Source: an uncultured Chloroflexia bacterium
GTDB lineage: Bacteria > Chloroflexota > Limnocylindria > Limnocylindrales > CSP1-4
Assembly (NCBI GenBank): GCA_963734535.1
Contig: CAVTHS010000003.1
Span: 342,401-406,400 of the forward strand
Direction: 5' to 3'
DNA: 64,000 bases
The position numbers were made by a program, and so were the translations under genes. Below are positions 50,936 through 60,309 of this stretch, one piece after another. The number at the start of each line of letters is the position of its first letter. The first letter of the stretch is position 1. The notes under the pieces were generated by a model. That model saw nothing but the letters and a program-made list of their open reading frames with translations. It was not told where the DNA came from and did no database searches.

Positions 50936-51166
50936 ATGGGGACGGTCGTCACTGCCACGGAAGCGAAGGCGAAGATCCTCGCCCTGCTCGACGAGGTCGA
51001 GTCAGGCGAGGAGGTGGAGATCACCCGCCACGGGCGACTGGTCGCACGGCTGGTCCCGGCTCGCCGAGGGGCGGCACTCCGCGGCAGGTTCAAGGGTCTG
51101 GTCACGACCGCGGTGGACGACGAAGCGCAGCTCTTCTCGACGGGCGAAACCTGGGACCTGCCATGA
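50936..51166 (+). CDS. Phd/YefM family antitoxin
   Basis: V.ATEAKAK.LALLDEV.SGEEV.ITRHGR.VARLVP; TGGACA-17-TATTCT promoter with TGACCA direct repeats. Confidence 0.92.
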   Translation: MGTVVTATEAKAKILALLDEVESGEEVEITRHGRLVARLVPARRGAALRGRFKGLVTTAVDDEAQLFSTGETWDLP

Positions 51167-51555
51167 CGACCGTGCTGCTCGACAGCCATGCCGTCCACTG
51201 GTGGGCCGACGAGCCGGAGCGGATGAGCGTCGCGGCAACGAACGCGATCTCCGAGGCGGACGAGCTCGCGATCGCGGCGATCTCATGGTTCGAGCTCGCC
51301 TGGCTTGCGGAACACGGCCGCCTCACGCTCCTCATCCCGGTCCGCTCCTGGCTGGATCAGCTGGCGCGGGAGCTCCGCACGGCGCCGCTCACGCCCGCTA
51401 TCGCTGCCGCTGCCGTGGCCCTGCCGCCGTCGTTCCCGCGTGACCCGGCGGACAGGCTGATCTTCGCGACCGCCCTCGAACATGGCTGGCGCCTCATCAC
51501 CAAGGACGACCGTCTGCTGGCACAGGATCCAGGGCGCGGCGTCGCGCTCTGGTAG
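51163..51555 (+). CDS. VapC (PIN domain) toxin
   Basis: VLLDSH, ISW.EL, RDPADRLI.ATA, LITKD; ATGA overlap with antitoxin. Confidence 0.92.
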   Translation: MTTVLLDSHAVHWWADEPERMSVAATNAISEADELAIAAISWFELAWLAEHGRLTLLIPVRSWLDQLARELRTAPLTPAIAAAAVALPPSFPRDPADRLIFATALEHGWRLITKDDRLLAQDPGRGVALW

Positions 51556-51703
51556 CTGGAGGAGACCCGGGGACCTGCGGGAGGCATAGCCCGAAAGGGT
51601 CCTTGTATCCGGACCAGATGTCCCATAGGGTCAGCCCAGGTCGACGACCAGCGCGCATCCGGGACAACGCTGCGGAATTGGCTGGCTCCGCCAGGGGGCG
51701 CAG

Positions 51704-53959
51704 ATGAGCATTCAGCCGATGGCGGCTTCACTACCCAGGCCGACGCGGGAGCATGGCTCGGCCATCCACCGCTGGATGCGTGCGTTCGCCGCCGACGGTA
51801 CCGCGAGGCTGGCACTCCGGGTTGCGACCGTTGCGGCCGTGTTCGCCTCGGCGCTCGCCCTCCTCGGCGGGCCGAGGGCCCTGCTCATCGACAGCATCCA
51901 GGAGCTGGTCGCAGTCTCGGGAGCGGCGGTTGGCCTGGGCCTTGCGGTCCGGCACGTGAGCGGCACGACACGCTGGCTGCTTGGGGCCCTCGCCCTGTCG
52001 CTGTCCGGCGCCGGCCTCGGCATGCTCGCCTGGGACCTGTCGCTCCCAGTGGTCGGCGATGCGCTGTTCGTCCTGGGTGTGGCCATCGGCGTCGCAGCGA
52101 TCGTGCCGGCTATCTTCGGCGGCCTGGAACGCGGCCTGCTGATCGGCATTGCCACCGACGCCCTCATCCTGTTCCTGACCGGGGTCGTGCTGGTCGCTGC
52201 GACAGCGGACCCCGACCTCACGGATGACCGCACCGGGCTGATCGGCCTGGTGGTGCTGATCGCGACGGTCGCCGCGTGCGTGTTCGCGCTGATCGGACGA
52301 CGCATTCGCCCGGCCTGGGGCGGTCCATGGACCCTGCTCGCGGGCGCCGCACTCATCGGTACCTCCTGGTTGATCTGGTCCGTCGACCCCACGGCACCGA
52401 CGACGGTGGGACCGTCCGACTTCACCTTCAGCGCCGGAGTCCTGCTGTTCGCCCTCGGTGGGGTGACCTGGAGCACGCGCGCGTCGTACAGCCCGACGTT
52501 CGAGCGGCTCGCGCCGATCCTCGCGACGGTCATCCCGGTGACCGCGATTCTCGCCAGCCTGGCCGCGGCGGCGATCTACCATGGCGCCGCCCTTGGCAAC
52601 CTCGTCGGCGTCGCCACCGGGGCCGTGATCGTGACCGGCGTCGCCCGGCAGATGCATCTCTACGTGCGCGAGGCCCGGGCGCTCGCCGCCGAGCACCGAG
52701 CGGGGGTCGGCCTCGCCGCCGAGATCAGCGAGCGGGCGGCGACCCTGTTCTCCCTGCAACGCCTGACGCCCGGGGCAACGCTCGAGGAAACCGCGCAGGA
52801 GGTCTGCCGGGAAGCCCTTCAGCTCGACGGGATCGACGTCGCCGTCATCCGGATGTACGGCCCTGGCAACAGCGTCGTGCCGGTCGCGGTCGAAGGGCTC
52901 GGATCCGGGGCAGCCAGTCTCGTTGGCCATCCGCTCGAGCCGGCCCACGCGGCACGGGTCATGGCACGCGCAGGGGATGGATCCTGGGTGCGGTCGTGGG
53001 ACCACGTCGACTTCTCGTATCAGCGGGCGCTGCGGGACCTCGGGGTCCGTCGGACGGTCAACGCGGTCCTGCGGTGGCATGACGCGATCATCGGGGACAT
53101 CGGCCTGGGTACCTGCTCGGTCGAGTCGGCGGTGTCATTTCGCGATCGGCTGTCGACGGTCGAGGAGTTCGCCGTGGTGGCGAGCGCGCTCCTCGGGACG
53201 GCGAAGACCGAGCGTGACCACGCCGACGCGCTGCGGGCGACGATCCGGGACACCGTCAGGACGCGCTCGTTCCATCCTGTCTTCCAGCCGATCGTGGACC
53301 TCACGTCGCGCGACGTCGTCGGTTACGAGGCGCTCACCCGTTTCGACTCGGGTCAGCGTCCGGACCTGTGCTTCGCCGATGCCTGGTCCGTCGGCCTCGG
53401 CCCGGAGCTCGAGCTGGCCACGCTGGGCGCGGAAGTGGACGCGGCCCGGGGCCTGAGGCCGGGCGTGTTCCTTGATCTCAACGCGTCGCCGCGGCTGCTC
53501 GCCCATGCCACGCAGCTGCGGGACATCCTCTGCCAGGCCGACCGGCCGCTCGTGCTGGAGATCACCGAGCACGAGCCGATCGAGGACTACGACCGCCTGC
53601 GGGATGCGATCCGGACCCTCGGGCCCGACGTTCGCGTGGCCGTCGACGACGCGGGCGCGGGCGTCGCCAACTTCGGCCACATCATCGGGCTGAGACCGGA
53701 CTTCGTGAAGCTGGACATCAGCCTCGTCCGGCGTGTCGACTCGGACCTGGGACGACAGGCGATGGTCGTCGGCATGCGCCACTTCTCTCGCACGGTAGGC
53801 TGCCGGTTGATCGCGGAGGGCGTGGAAACGCCCGAAGAGGCCGCGAAGCTCACGTCGCTGGGTATCGAGCTCGGCCAGGGCTACCTGTTCGGACGGCCCG
53901 AGCCCATCGACGTGCCCGTCGCCATGGTCGCGGACGAGGTCGAGACCAGCTCGGCGTAA
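51704..53959 (+). CDS. Membrane-anchored GAF-EAL c-di-GMP phosphodiesterase
   Basis: Multi-TM N-terminus, GAF-like middle, FQPIV, YEALTR, LEITE, AVDDAGAG, VKLD, IAEGVE, QGY. Confidence 0.88.
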   Translation: MSIQPMAASLPRPTREHGSAIHRWMRAFAADGTARLALRVATVAAVFASALALLGGPRALLIDSIQELVAVSGAAVGLGLAVRHVSGTTRWLLGALALSLSGAGLGMLAWDLSLPVVGDALFVLGVAIGVAAIVPAIFGGLERGLLIGIATDALILFLTGVVLVAATADPDLTDDRTGLIGLVVLIATVAACVFALIGRRIRPAWGGPWTLLAGAALIGTSWLIWSVDPTAPTTVGPSDFTFSAGVLLFALGGVTWSTRASYSPTFERLAPILATVIPVTAILASLAAAAIYHGAALGNLVGVATGAVIVTGVARQMHLYVREARALAAEHRAGVGLAAEISERAATLFSLQRLTPGATLEETAQEVCREALQLDGIDVAVIRMYGPGNSVVPVAVEGLGSGAASLVGHPLEPAHAARVMARAGDGSWVRSWDHVDFSYQRALRDLGVRRTVNAVLRWHDAIIGDIGLGTCSVESAVSFRDRLSTVEEFAVVASALLGTAKTERDHADALRATIRDTVRTRSFHPVFQPIVDLTSRDVVGYEALTRFDSGQRPDLCFADAWSVGLGPELELATLGAEVDAARGLRPGVFLDLNASPRLLAHATQLRDILCQADRPLVLEITEHEPIEDYDRLRDAIRTLGPDVRVAVDDAGAGVANFGHIIGLRPDFVKLDISLVRRVDSDLGRQAMVVGMRHFSRTVGCRLIAEGVETPEEAAKLTSLGIELGQGYLFGRPEPIDVPVAMVADEVETSSA

Positions 53960-53981
53960 GGTCCGCGTTCGCAGCGCGGGT

Positions 53982-54380
53982 TTACCCCGCGATCGTGCTG
54001 TTCACGCGGATGATCGGCGGGTGCTCGAAGTGCTTCTTGACCGCGCATTGCTCGGCCGCGCGAACGACCGCGTCGGAGTACTTGTCGGGAAAGCCCTTCG
54101 GCAGCTCGATCGTGACCTGCACATCGCTCACCAGGTGGGTCGCGGGATCGGTCTGCATTCGCTGGACGAGGCGAATCCCCTTCGTTGGAATCCCGCGCTG
54201 CCGGCAGAAGCCAAGCACGTAGATGCCCGCGCACGTCCCGATCGTCGAGAGGAACGTGGCGAAGGGCGTCGGGGCCGAATCCTCGCCACCACCCATCGCG
54301 GGCTGGTCGGTGGGAACCACGAAACCTCCGAAATGCGCGTCCACCCGCGCGCCTCCGGGAAAGTCGATTGTCATCTCCAT
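53982..54380 (-). CDS. OsmC family protein
   Basis: TDQP..GGEDSAPTPF..FL...GTCAG, A.QCAVKK (two Cys). Confidence 0.88.
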   Translation of the reverse strand: MEMTIDFPGGARVDAHFGGFVVPTDQPAMGGGEDSAPTPFATFLSTIGTCAGIYVLGFCRQRGIPTKGIRLVQRMQTDPATHLVSDVQVTIELPKGFPDKYSDAVVRAAEQCAVKKHFEHPPIIRVNSTIAG

Positions 54381-54508
54381 GGAACGAGACCTCTTCCTGC
54401 CGGCACGGCGTGTTGAAGCCAGGATGGCAACGGCGCGCCCACATCTGTGACTTGGCGGCCCGCGCTCTCACGAAAGAGCGTCTCCATTGCTGGACGGGCA
54501 GCAGCCAG

Positions 54509-54545
54509 AGAGTACCTGATACTTGCGTAGTTGCGCAAGTCTGCA
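54509..54545 (-). promoter_or_regulatory. Promoter with inverted-repeat operator upstream of the OsmC gene
   Basis: TTGCGC-18-TACTCT on - strand; IR ACTTGCG-N6-CGCAAGT; near-identical copy at 62770-62805. Confidence 0.65.
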
Positions 54546-54724
54546 CCACAGCGCCTCAATCCGTTTGGATCACACCCCGCCCGACCGCTCCGCCGCAGGA
54601 GTCCCACGAGCGATGGAATTGATTGACAAGGCGGACGACCCGGCAGAGGCTTTGAATCGCCCACACAGCTTGCCTGCTTGGGGCGACGCAACAGGGCGTT
54701 GGGCTTCCTCCGGAGGGACCTGAG

Positions 54725-54958
54725 ATGGACCCCGTTCATGGGTGGGCGCACGTTCCGGAGGTGAAGCCCCTCAACGGCAGGAGGGGCTTCCTCGCTGGGC
54801 TGACCGTGGCGGTCTCCGTGACGGTTGCGACCGCGCTCGCCGGCCGCGCGCTCGTTGACATCGCGGCGGTCGCCGTCGCGGGGCTTGTGCCGGTGGTGCT
54901 GCTGACGCTCCTGATCATTCGCACGAACCGTCGAATCTCGGGCCACGAGAACCGGTAG
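54725..54958 (+). CDS. Small membrane protein (two hydrophobic segments)
   Basis: GGAGG upstream, TTGACA at 54623, hydrophobic pattern with basic tail. Confidence 0.45.
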   Translation: MDPVHGWAHVPEVKPLNGRRGFLAGLTVAVSVTVATALAGRALVDIAAVAVAGLVPVVLLTLLIIRTNRRISGHENR

Positions 54959-55059
54959 CGTCCCTCGCGCCCGGCGCCATCGTTTGCCGGTGGCCGGGTG
55001 GTGGCCGCCATTCGAGCTGCCGAGAGCGATCATCACCAGGGAGACGCGCGTGTTCCGGG

Positions 55060-55170
55060 ACCTGGCTCGGCGGGGACCCTTTCGCAGCTCGGCCGACAAA
55101 AGCGACGCGACGTCGTCGAAGGAGGCCCAGCAGGCCCCCACCGTATCGGCGAACTCTACGGCGAGTCCCT
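55060..55170 (-). pseudogene. Fragment of a conserved DinB-like hypothetical gene
   Basis: ACWASFDDVA...SAELRKGPR resembles the AELRKGPRGGGRDR family motif, then degenerates; from recall. Confidence 0.4.
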
Positions 55171-55261
55171 CGGCAACCGGGGGCCGGCGGCGGACGGTTG
55201 ACGTGGTGACGCACCATTGGGCCAAGAGCGATGCGGTTCTATCGTCGCAGAGGTGACGCTG

Positions 55262-55477
55262 ATGTCGGTGCTGTCCCGGATCAAGGCCGTCATTACGGGC
55301 GCGCCGGATGCGTCCGCAGCGGAGCTGCTACCGCGCCATGAGCGACGCGAAGCGGGTCGCGAGCGGCACCAGGAGACCGGCGAACCGGCCTGGGAGGAGA
55401 AGGACCGGGTCGACGAGCCGCCGGGCGCGGGGATGCGCGATCCTGACGCGGCGCCGGAGATCCTGGGCGGCGGCTGA
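55262..55477 (+). CDS. Small hydrophilic hypothetical protein
   Basis: GAGGTG RBS, high-GC codon bias, 71 aa. Confidence 0.5.
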   Translation: MSVLSRIKAVITGAPDASAAELLPRHERREAGRERHQETGEPAWEEKDRVDEPPGAGMRDPDAAPEILGGG

Positions 55478-55528
55478 CGCGCGGGACGACGTCGAAACGA
55501 AAGGTCGGGACGGCGGAGCCCGGCTCCC

Positions 55529-57031
55529 CTACTCCGCCCGCCCGCCGGCTCCCGCCGCGAGCTCGTGCCCGAGAGAGACGTCGGGCATCGTCCGGATCGC
55601 GAGCAGGCAGGCGAGCGCCGCCGCGGCGAACATCAGCCAGTAGGTGACCTCCAGGCCCGCGGACAGCGAGTCCCGGGCCGCGGCGGCGGCCTGCGGCGAC
55701 ACCGTGCCGCGGGCGACCGGGTCCAGGATCGCGGACGAGGCGGCCCCGACGAACGCGGTCAGCACGCCGCCCATCACGCCGACGCCGACCGCGCCGCCGA
55801 TGGTCCGGCTGAACTGGACGAGGCCCGTCGCGACCGCCCGGCGCTGCCACTCGACGGCGCCCTGGATGATGACGAGCAGCGTCGTGGATGCGAGGCCCAT
55901 GCCCACGCCGGTGATCGCGCAGGCCAGCATCGCGAACGCCAGCGAGTCGACACGCCCGAGCTGCGTCACGAGCAGGGACCCGATGACCAGCATGCCCGTC
56001 CCCGCGAGGACGATCGGCCGGGCGCCGATGCGGACCAGCAGCCGGCCCGCGATCACCGAAGCGACCGGCCAGCCGATCGACATCGCGGCCACGGCCGCGC
56101 CCGCCTCGACCGGCGTGCCACCGTGCACGCCCTGCACCATCGGCGGGACGTACGTGGTCAGCCCGAACATGACGATCCCGGCCAGCCCGCCGATGCCGAG
56201 CCCGGCCCGGACCAGGGGCGAGCGCAGGAGCTGGAGGTCGATCAGAGGCGCCGCCACGCGCCGCGCGTTGACCACGAAGGCCGCCAGCAGCAGGACCGAG
56301 CCGGCGAGCATCGCGATGACGGGCGGCGAGGTCCAGCCGAACAGCTGGCCGCCCTCCGAGACCGCGAACAGGAGGAGCACGATCGATCCCGTGAGCAGGG
56401 CCGCGCCGAGCCAGTCGATGGGCTGGGAACGGCGCTCGAACCGCTCGTGGAAGGCGAACCAGATGATCGCGCCGGCGAGGATGCCGACCGGCAGGTTGAT
56501 CTCGAACACCCACGGCCACCCCACGGTCGTCGTGATCACCCCGCCGAGCGCGGGGCCGATGATCGCCGACACGCCCCAGACGCCCGAGAAGACGCCCTGC
56601 ATCCGGGCCCGCTGCCGGGACGAGAAGATGTCGCCGGCGATGGTGAACGAGATGGGCTGCACGGCCCCGGCTCCCAGGCCCTGGAGCGCGCGGAACGCGA
56701 TGAGGGAGGGCATCGACGTCGCGGTCCCGCACAGGACCGACCCGATCACGAAGAGCGCGAGCCCGAACAGGAAGACCGGCTTGCGCCCGTGGACGTCGGC
56801 GAGACGGGCGAAGAGCGGCACGGTGGTCGTGGAGGTCACGAGGTACGCGGTGAAGACCCACGAGTACTCGGACAGCCCGCCAAGCTGACCGATGATCGTG
56901 GGCATGGCCGTCCCGACGACGGTCGAGTCGAGGGCCGCGACCGCAATGGCGGCCATGATCCCGGCCGTCACGATCAGCTGGTCGCGGGTCAGCGGCGCAT
57001 CGAGGTCGTTGGGCGGCGTGCTGGGCGGCAT
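55529..57031 (-). CDS. MFS drug-resistance transporter (DHA2, 14-TMS type)
   Basis: AALDSTVVGTAMPTI, RLADVHGRK motif A, FRALQGLGAG, WPWVF.INLPVG. Confidence 0.93.
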   Translation of the reverse strand: MPPSTPPNDLDAPLTRDQLIVTAGIMAAIAVAALDSTVVGTAMPTIIGQLGGLSEYSWVFTAYLVTSTTTVPLFARLADVHGRKPVFLFGLALFVIGSVLCGTATSMPSLIAFRALQGLGAGAVQPISFTIAGDIFSSRQRARMQGVFSGVWGVSAIIGPALGGVITTTVGWPWVFEINLPVGILAGAIIWFAFHERFERRSQPIDWLGAALLTGSIVLLLFAVSEGGQLFGWTSPPVIAMLAGSVLLLAAFVVNARRVAAPLIDLQLLRSPLVRAGLGIGGLAGIVMFGLTTYVPPMVQGVHGGTPVEAGAAVAAMSIGWPVASVIAGRLLVRIGARPIVLAGTGMLVIGSLLVTQLGRVDSLAFAMLACAITGVGMGLASTTLLVIIQGAVEWQRRAVATGLVQFSRTIGGAVGVGVMGGVLTAFVGAASSAILDPVARGTVSPQAAAAARDSLSAGLEVTYWLMFAAAALACLLAIRTMPDVSLGHELAAGAGGRAE

Positions 57032-57080
57032 CCCCCGATTCTAGGGTTCCGCACCCGGATGTCCCCCGCGGCCCGTCGCG

Positions 57081-57473
57081 TCAGCCGTTCATGCTCGCGA
57101 TCTGGATCAGGTTCCCGCACGTGTCGTCGAAGACCGCCGTCGTCACCGGCCCCATCGCCACGGGCGGCTGGGTGAAGACGACGCCGCGCGCCATGAGCCG
57201 CTCGTGCTCGGCCACGCAGTCGTCCACCGCGAACGAGGTGAACGGGATCCCATCGGCGACGAGTGCCCCTTTGAACGGCCCGGCCGCCGGATGCGTATCC
57301 GGCTCGAGCACCAGCTCGGTGCCGTCGGGCGCCTCGGGCGAAACGACGGTCAGCCAGCGCGGACCGCCCATGTCGATGTCCGCCTTCGGCAGGAAGCCAA
57401 GGACGTCCGTGTAGAAGGCGAGCGCCTTCGCCTGGTCATCGACCAGGATGCTCGCCAGGTGGATTCGCATCAT
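57081..57473 (-). CDS. VOC/glyoxalase family protein
   Basis: VDDQ.KALAFYTDVLGF, RWLTVVSP, F.VDD, AVFDDTCGNLIQI. Confidence 0.92.
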   Translation of the reverse strand: MMRIHLASILVDDQAKALAFYTDVLGFLPKADIDMGGPRWLTVVSPEAPDGTELVLEPDTHPAAGPFKGALVADGIPFTSFAVDDCVAEHERLMARGVVFTQPPVAMGPVTTAVFDDTCGNLIQIASMNG

Positions 57474-57771
57474 CGGCCTCCATGTCAGGTCGGCTGGTTG
57501 TCGGGGGGCGCCGCCAGCGGTCGAGGATCGTCTCGAGCGGCGCGACGTTGAGCGTATGGAGCTTCCAGCGCCCGTCGCGGCGCGTGTCGATCAGGCCCGC
57601 GGCCTCGAGCACGTCGAGGTGCTGCGAGATTGCCTGCCGGCTGGACGCCACTCCATGCCGGTTGGCCAGGCGAGCGCAGATCTCGAAGAGCGTCTGGTCG
57701 TCTCGCTCGCCCAGCTCGTCGAGGATCAGGCGACGGGTCGGGTCGGCGAGTGCGCGGAACGGGTCTCCCAT
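57436..57771 (-). CDS. ArsR/SmtB family regulator
   Basis: FRALADPTRR.ILD.L, SRQAISQHL.VLE.AGL, R.GR.K.H. Confidence 0.9.
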   Translation of the reverse strand: MGDPFRALADPTRRLILDELGERDDQTLFEICARLANRHGVASSRQAISQHLDVLEAAGLIDTRRDGRWKLHTLNVAPLETILDRWRRPPTTSRPDMEADDANPPGEHPGR

Positions 57772-57784
57772 GGGTCCGGCGCCG

Positions 57785-57814
57785 ATGATAGGCAAGCACA
57801 CACTTGCATGTCAA
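57785..57814 (-). promoter_or_regulatory. Promoter with ArsR-type operator
   Basis: TTGACA-18-TATCAT on - strand with GCAAG-N6-CTTGC palindrome in the spacer. Confidence 0.7.
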
Positions 57815-57935
57815 CCCATCCGGGTGGCCTGGCCCCAGGCATGTCGCTTTGCGGGCCAACCCGACGGCCGAACGGGAGATGCCGGTGCACCACGTGATAG
57901 ACTGTGGTCCACGGTCAGTGACTGTGGAGGCACCG

Positions 57936-58169
57936 ATGTCCAAGACCAATTTGACGATCCAGCTCGAGGGTGACACCGTCCAGCGCGCCCGGGTCCTGGC
58001 CGCTCGCCGCGGCACCTCCGTGAGCGCTCTCGTCGCGCGAACGCTCACCGCGATGGTCGACGAGGACGAACGGTACGAGCTGGCCCGCCGCCGCGCCGAC
58101 GAGCTCATGGCCCGGGCTGGATCATTCGGCGGCCGGTCGTGGACCCGGGATGAGGTCCACGAGCGGTGA
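57936..58169 (+). CDS. RHH antitoxin (DUF6364-like)
   Basis: NLTI.L.......AR.LAARRGTSVSALV; upstream CCAC...GTGG palindromes; precedes PIN gene. Confidence 0.85.
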   Translation: MSKTNLTIQLEGDTVQRARVLAARRGTSVSALVARTLTAMVDEDERYELARRRADELMARAGSFGGRSWTRDEVHER

Positions 58170-58588
58170 CCGAACCGCTGACGTTCGTCGACACCAACGT
58201 CCTCGTCTACGCGCACAACCGCTCCGAGACCGCGAAGCACGAGCGGGCTCTCGCCCTCCTGCAGGCGCTCTGGCACGACCACGCGGCCGTGATCAGCACC
58301 CAGGTGCTCACCGAGCTCTACAGCGTCATGACGCGCAAGCTTGCCGTGGCGCCGGCCGACGCGCGCGAGCTCGTGCTCCTCTACTCCACGTGGCCGGTGA
58401 TCCAGGTCGACTCCCCGCTGATCGTCGCGGCCACCATCCGCCACGAGCTGGACCAGGTCGCCTTCTGGGACGCGCTTGTCGTCGAGGCTGCCCTCCGATC
58501 GGGCGCGACGAGGCTCGCCAGCGAGGATCTCCAGGAAGGCCGCTGGTTCGACTCGCTCGAAGTGGTGAACCCGCTGGGGCACGGCTGA
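58166..58588 (+). CDS. VapC (PIN domain) toxin
   Basis: FVDTNVLVYA, ISTQVL.E, FWDALVV.AA, L.SEDLQ.G. Confidence 0.92.
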   Translation: MTEPLTFVDTNVLVYAHNRSETAKHERALALLQALWHDHAAVISTQVLTELYSVMTRKLAVAPADARELVLLYSTWPVIQVDSPLIVAATIRHELDQVAFWDALVVEAALRSGATRLASEDLQEGRWFDSLEVVNPLGHG

Positions 58589-58682
58589 CCCACGCCGTGC
58601 TCGGCCATACCCACCCTGCGTCAGCCGGCGGGCGGGGCCGTCCCGTCACCGCGGCCGGATTGTCGTCGATGGTCGCGGACGC

Positions 58683-60095
58683 TCACGGGCCCACGTCCGC
58701 CGCGGGCGCGACGTTGTGGTTCACGTGGAAGACGTTGTCGGGGTCCCAGGCGCGCTTCAGGGCGGCCAGCCGGGCGAGCTTCGCGTCACCGTAGATCAGG
58801 CGCGTCTCCTCCGGACCGGCGTCGGAGATCTCGTTCGCGTAGCGGCCAACCGTCGCATCGCGCTCCACCACCGCCATCGCACGCCGGACCCAATCGCGGT
58901 TGGCATCGTCGAGGGAAGGGTCGCTCCACGCCGCGTCGGCGCTGAGATCGAACGCGGCCGCGCGCCCGGCGTATGCGGTCCCCTCCTCCGGGACCCGGCC
59001 GATCGCGCCCGCCAGGGCGGTGATCGAGAAGGTGCCCTGCCCGGGGGCATCTGCGACGACCTCCACCAGCTCGTCGAGCGCCGCGGGGCGGACGTCGTCC
59101 GCATTGAACCCGGCGATGAACGACCGGTTGCCCCATTCGAAGGCGAGGTCGTGGGCCGCCTGGACCTCGAGATAGGGCCGGCTGCCGATCGTGGAGATCG
59201 CCGGCTTCGGCCCGACGTGGAGACCCGCAGTGTCCCGTTCGACAAAGCCTGCCGCACCACTGTGATTGAAGGCGATGTAGGCGATCGGCCGGCCGGTCAG
59301 CGCGTCGGGATAGACGGCATCCTGACCCGCCCGGTCGATCCCGAAGATCAGCGACACGGCGTCCGGCGCATGGCGGGCGTAGTCGCGGAAGACACGCCAC
59401 GCGGCCTGGATCTCGGTCGCCGGGAAGACCAGGAGGCCCCGGTGGAGGTCCGGTCCGAACGGATGGAGCCGGAGCTCGAAGGCCGTCGCGATCCCGAAGT
59501 TCCAGCCGGCGCCACGCATGCCCCAGAACAGGTCCGGCTCCTCCGTCTCGCTCGCCCGCACCAGGCGGCCGTCGGCCGTGACCAGCTCGATCGCGGCGAG
59601 GTTGTCGATGGTGAGCCCGAACTGCCGTTGCAGGCGGCCCACGCCGCCACCCAGGGTCAGCCCGGCGACGCCGGTATGGCCGACGACACCGACCGGGCAG
59701 ACGAGGCCGTGTGCCTGTGCGGCGACGTCGAGCTCGCCGAGGAGCGCGCCGCCGTTCGCGCGGGCGGTCTGCCGTTCGGGGTCCACCTCGACCCCGCGCA
59801 TCGCGGACAGGTCCACGACCAGGCCGCCGGGGCGGCCGGTGAGCCCGGCCAGGCTGTGCCCGCCGGACCTGACGGCGATCTCCAGGTCCCGGTCCCGGCC
59901 GAAGCGGATGGCGGTTGCGACCTCCGAGTCATCCCGTGGCCGGAGGATCGCCGCGGGACGGCGGTCGTGCAGCGCGTTCCACAGGCGACGGCGCTCGTCG
60001 TAGGACCGGTCCGCGGGCGTGATGACGTCGCCATGGAACCACCGGCGCAGCTCATCGAGGGACCGAGCCGGCAGCGTGGGAGACGCGTCGACCAT
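58683..60095 (-). CDS. FAD-binding oxidoreductase (BBE-like)
   Basis: VRSGGH, GV.GLTLGGG.G, DLFWG.RGAG.NFG, Y.N, RL..LK..WDPDNVF. Confidence 0.93.
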   Translation of the reverse strand: MVDASPTLPARSLDELRRWFHGDVITPADRSYDERRRLWNALHDRRPAAILRPRDDSEVATAIRFGRDRDLEIAVRSGGHSLAGLTGRPGGLVVDLSAMRGVEVDPERQTARANGGALLGELDVAAQAHGLVCPVGVVGHTGVAGLTLGGGVGRLQRQFGLTIDNLAAIELVTADGRLVRASETEEPDLFWGMRGAGWNFGIATAFELRLHPFGPDLHRGLLVFPATEIQAAWRVFRDYARHAPDAVSLIFGIDRAGQDAVYPDALTGRPIAYIAFNHSGAAGFVERDTAGLHVGPKPAISTIGSRPYLEVQAAHDLAFEWGNRSFIAGFNADDVRPAALDELVEVVADAPGQGTFSITALAGAIGRVPEEGTAYAGRAAAFDLSADAAWSDPSLDDANRDWVRRAMAVVERDATVGRYANEISDAGPEETRLIYGDAKLARLAALKRAWDPDNVFHVNHNVAPAADVGP

Positions 60096-60309
60096 GCAGC
60101 CTGCCCTCCCCCTGTGGATCGTCGCGGAGACGGCGATGATCGCACGTCCGCCGACCGGGCAGCGTCCGCCGTCGCCGCCTCTCGCCAGGGCCGGCGAGGA
60201 GCCGCGACGGCTCGCGACTCACGCCAGGGCCGCGTCGCGAACGTCCGCGACGCGGCCCTCTCCTGCCGGCAATCGTTCAGGCGAGGCGTGACCTCACCGC
60301 GCGTGCCAC

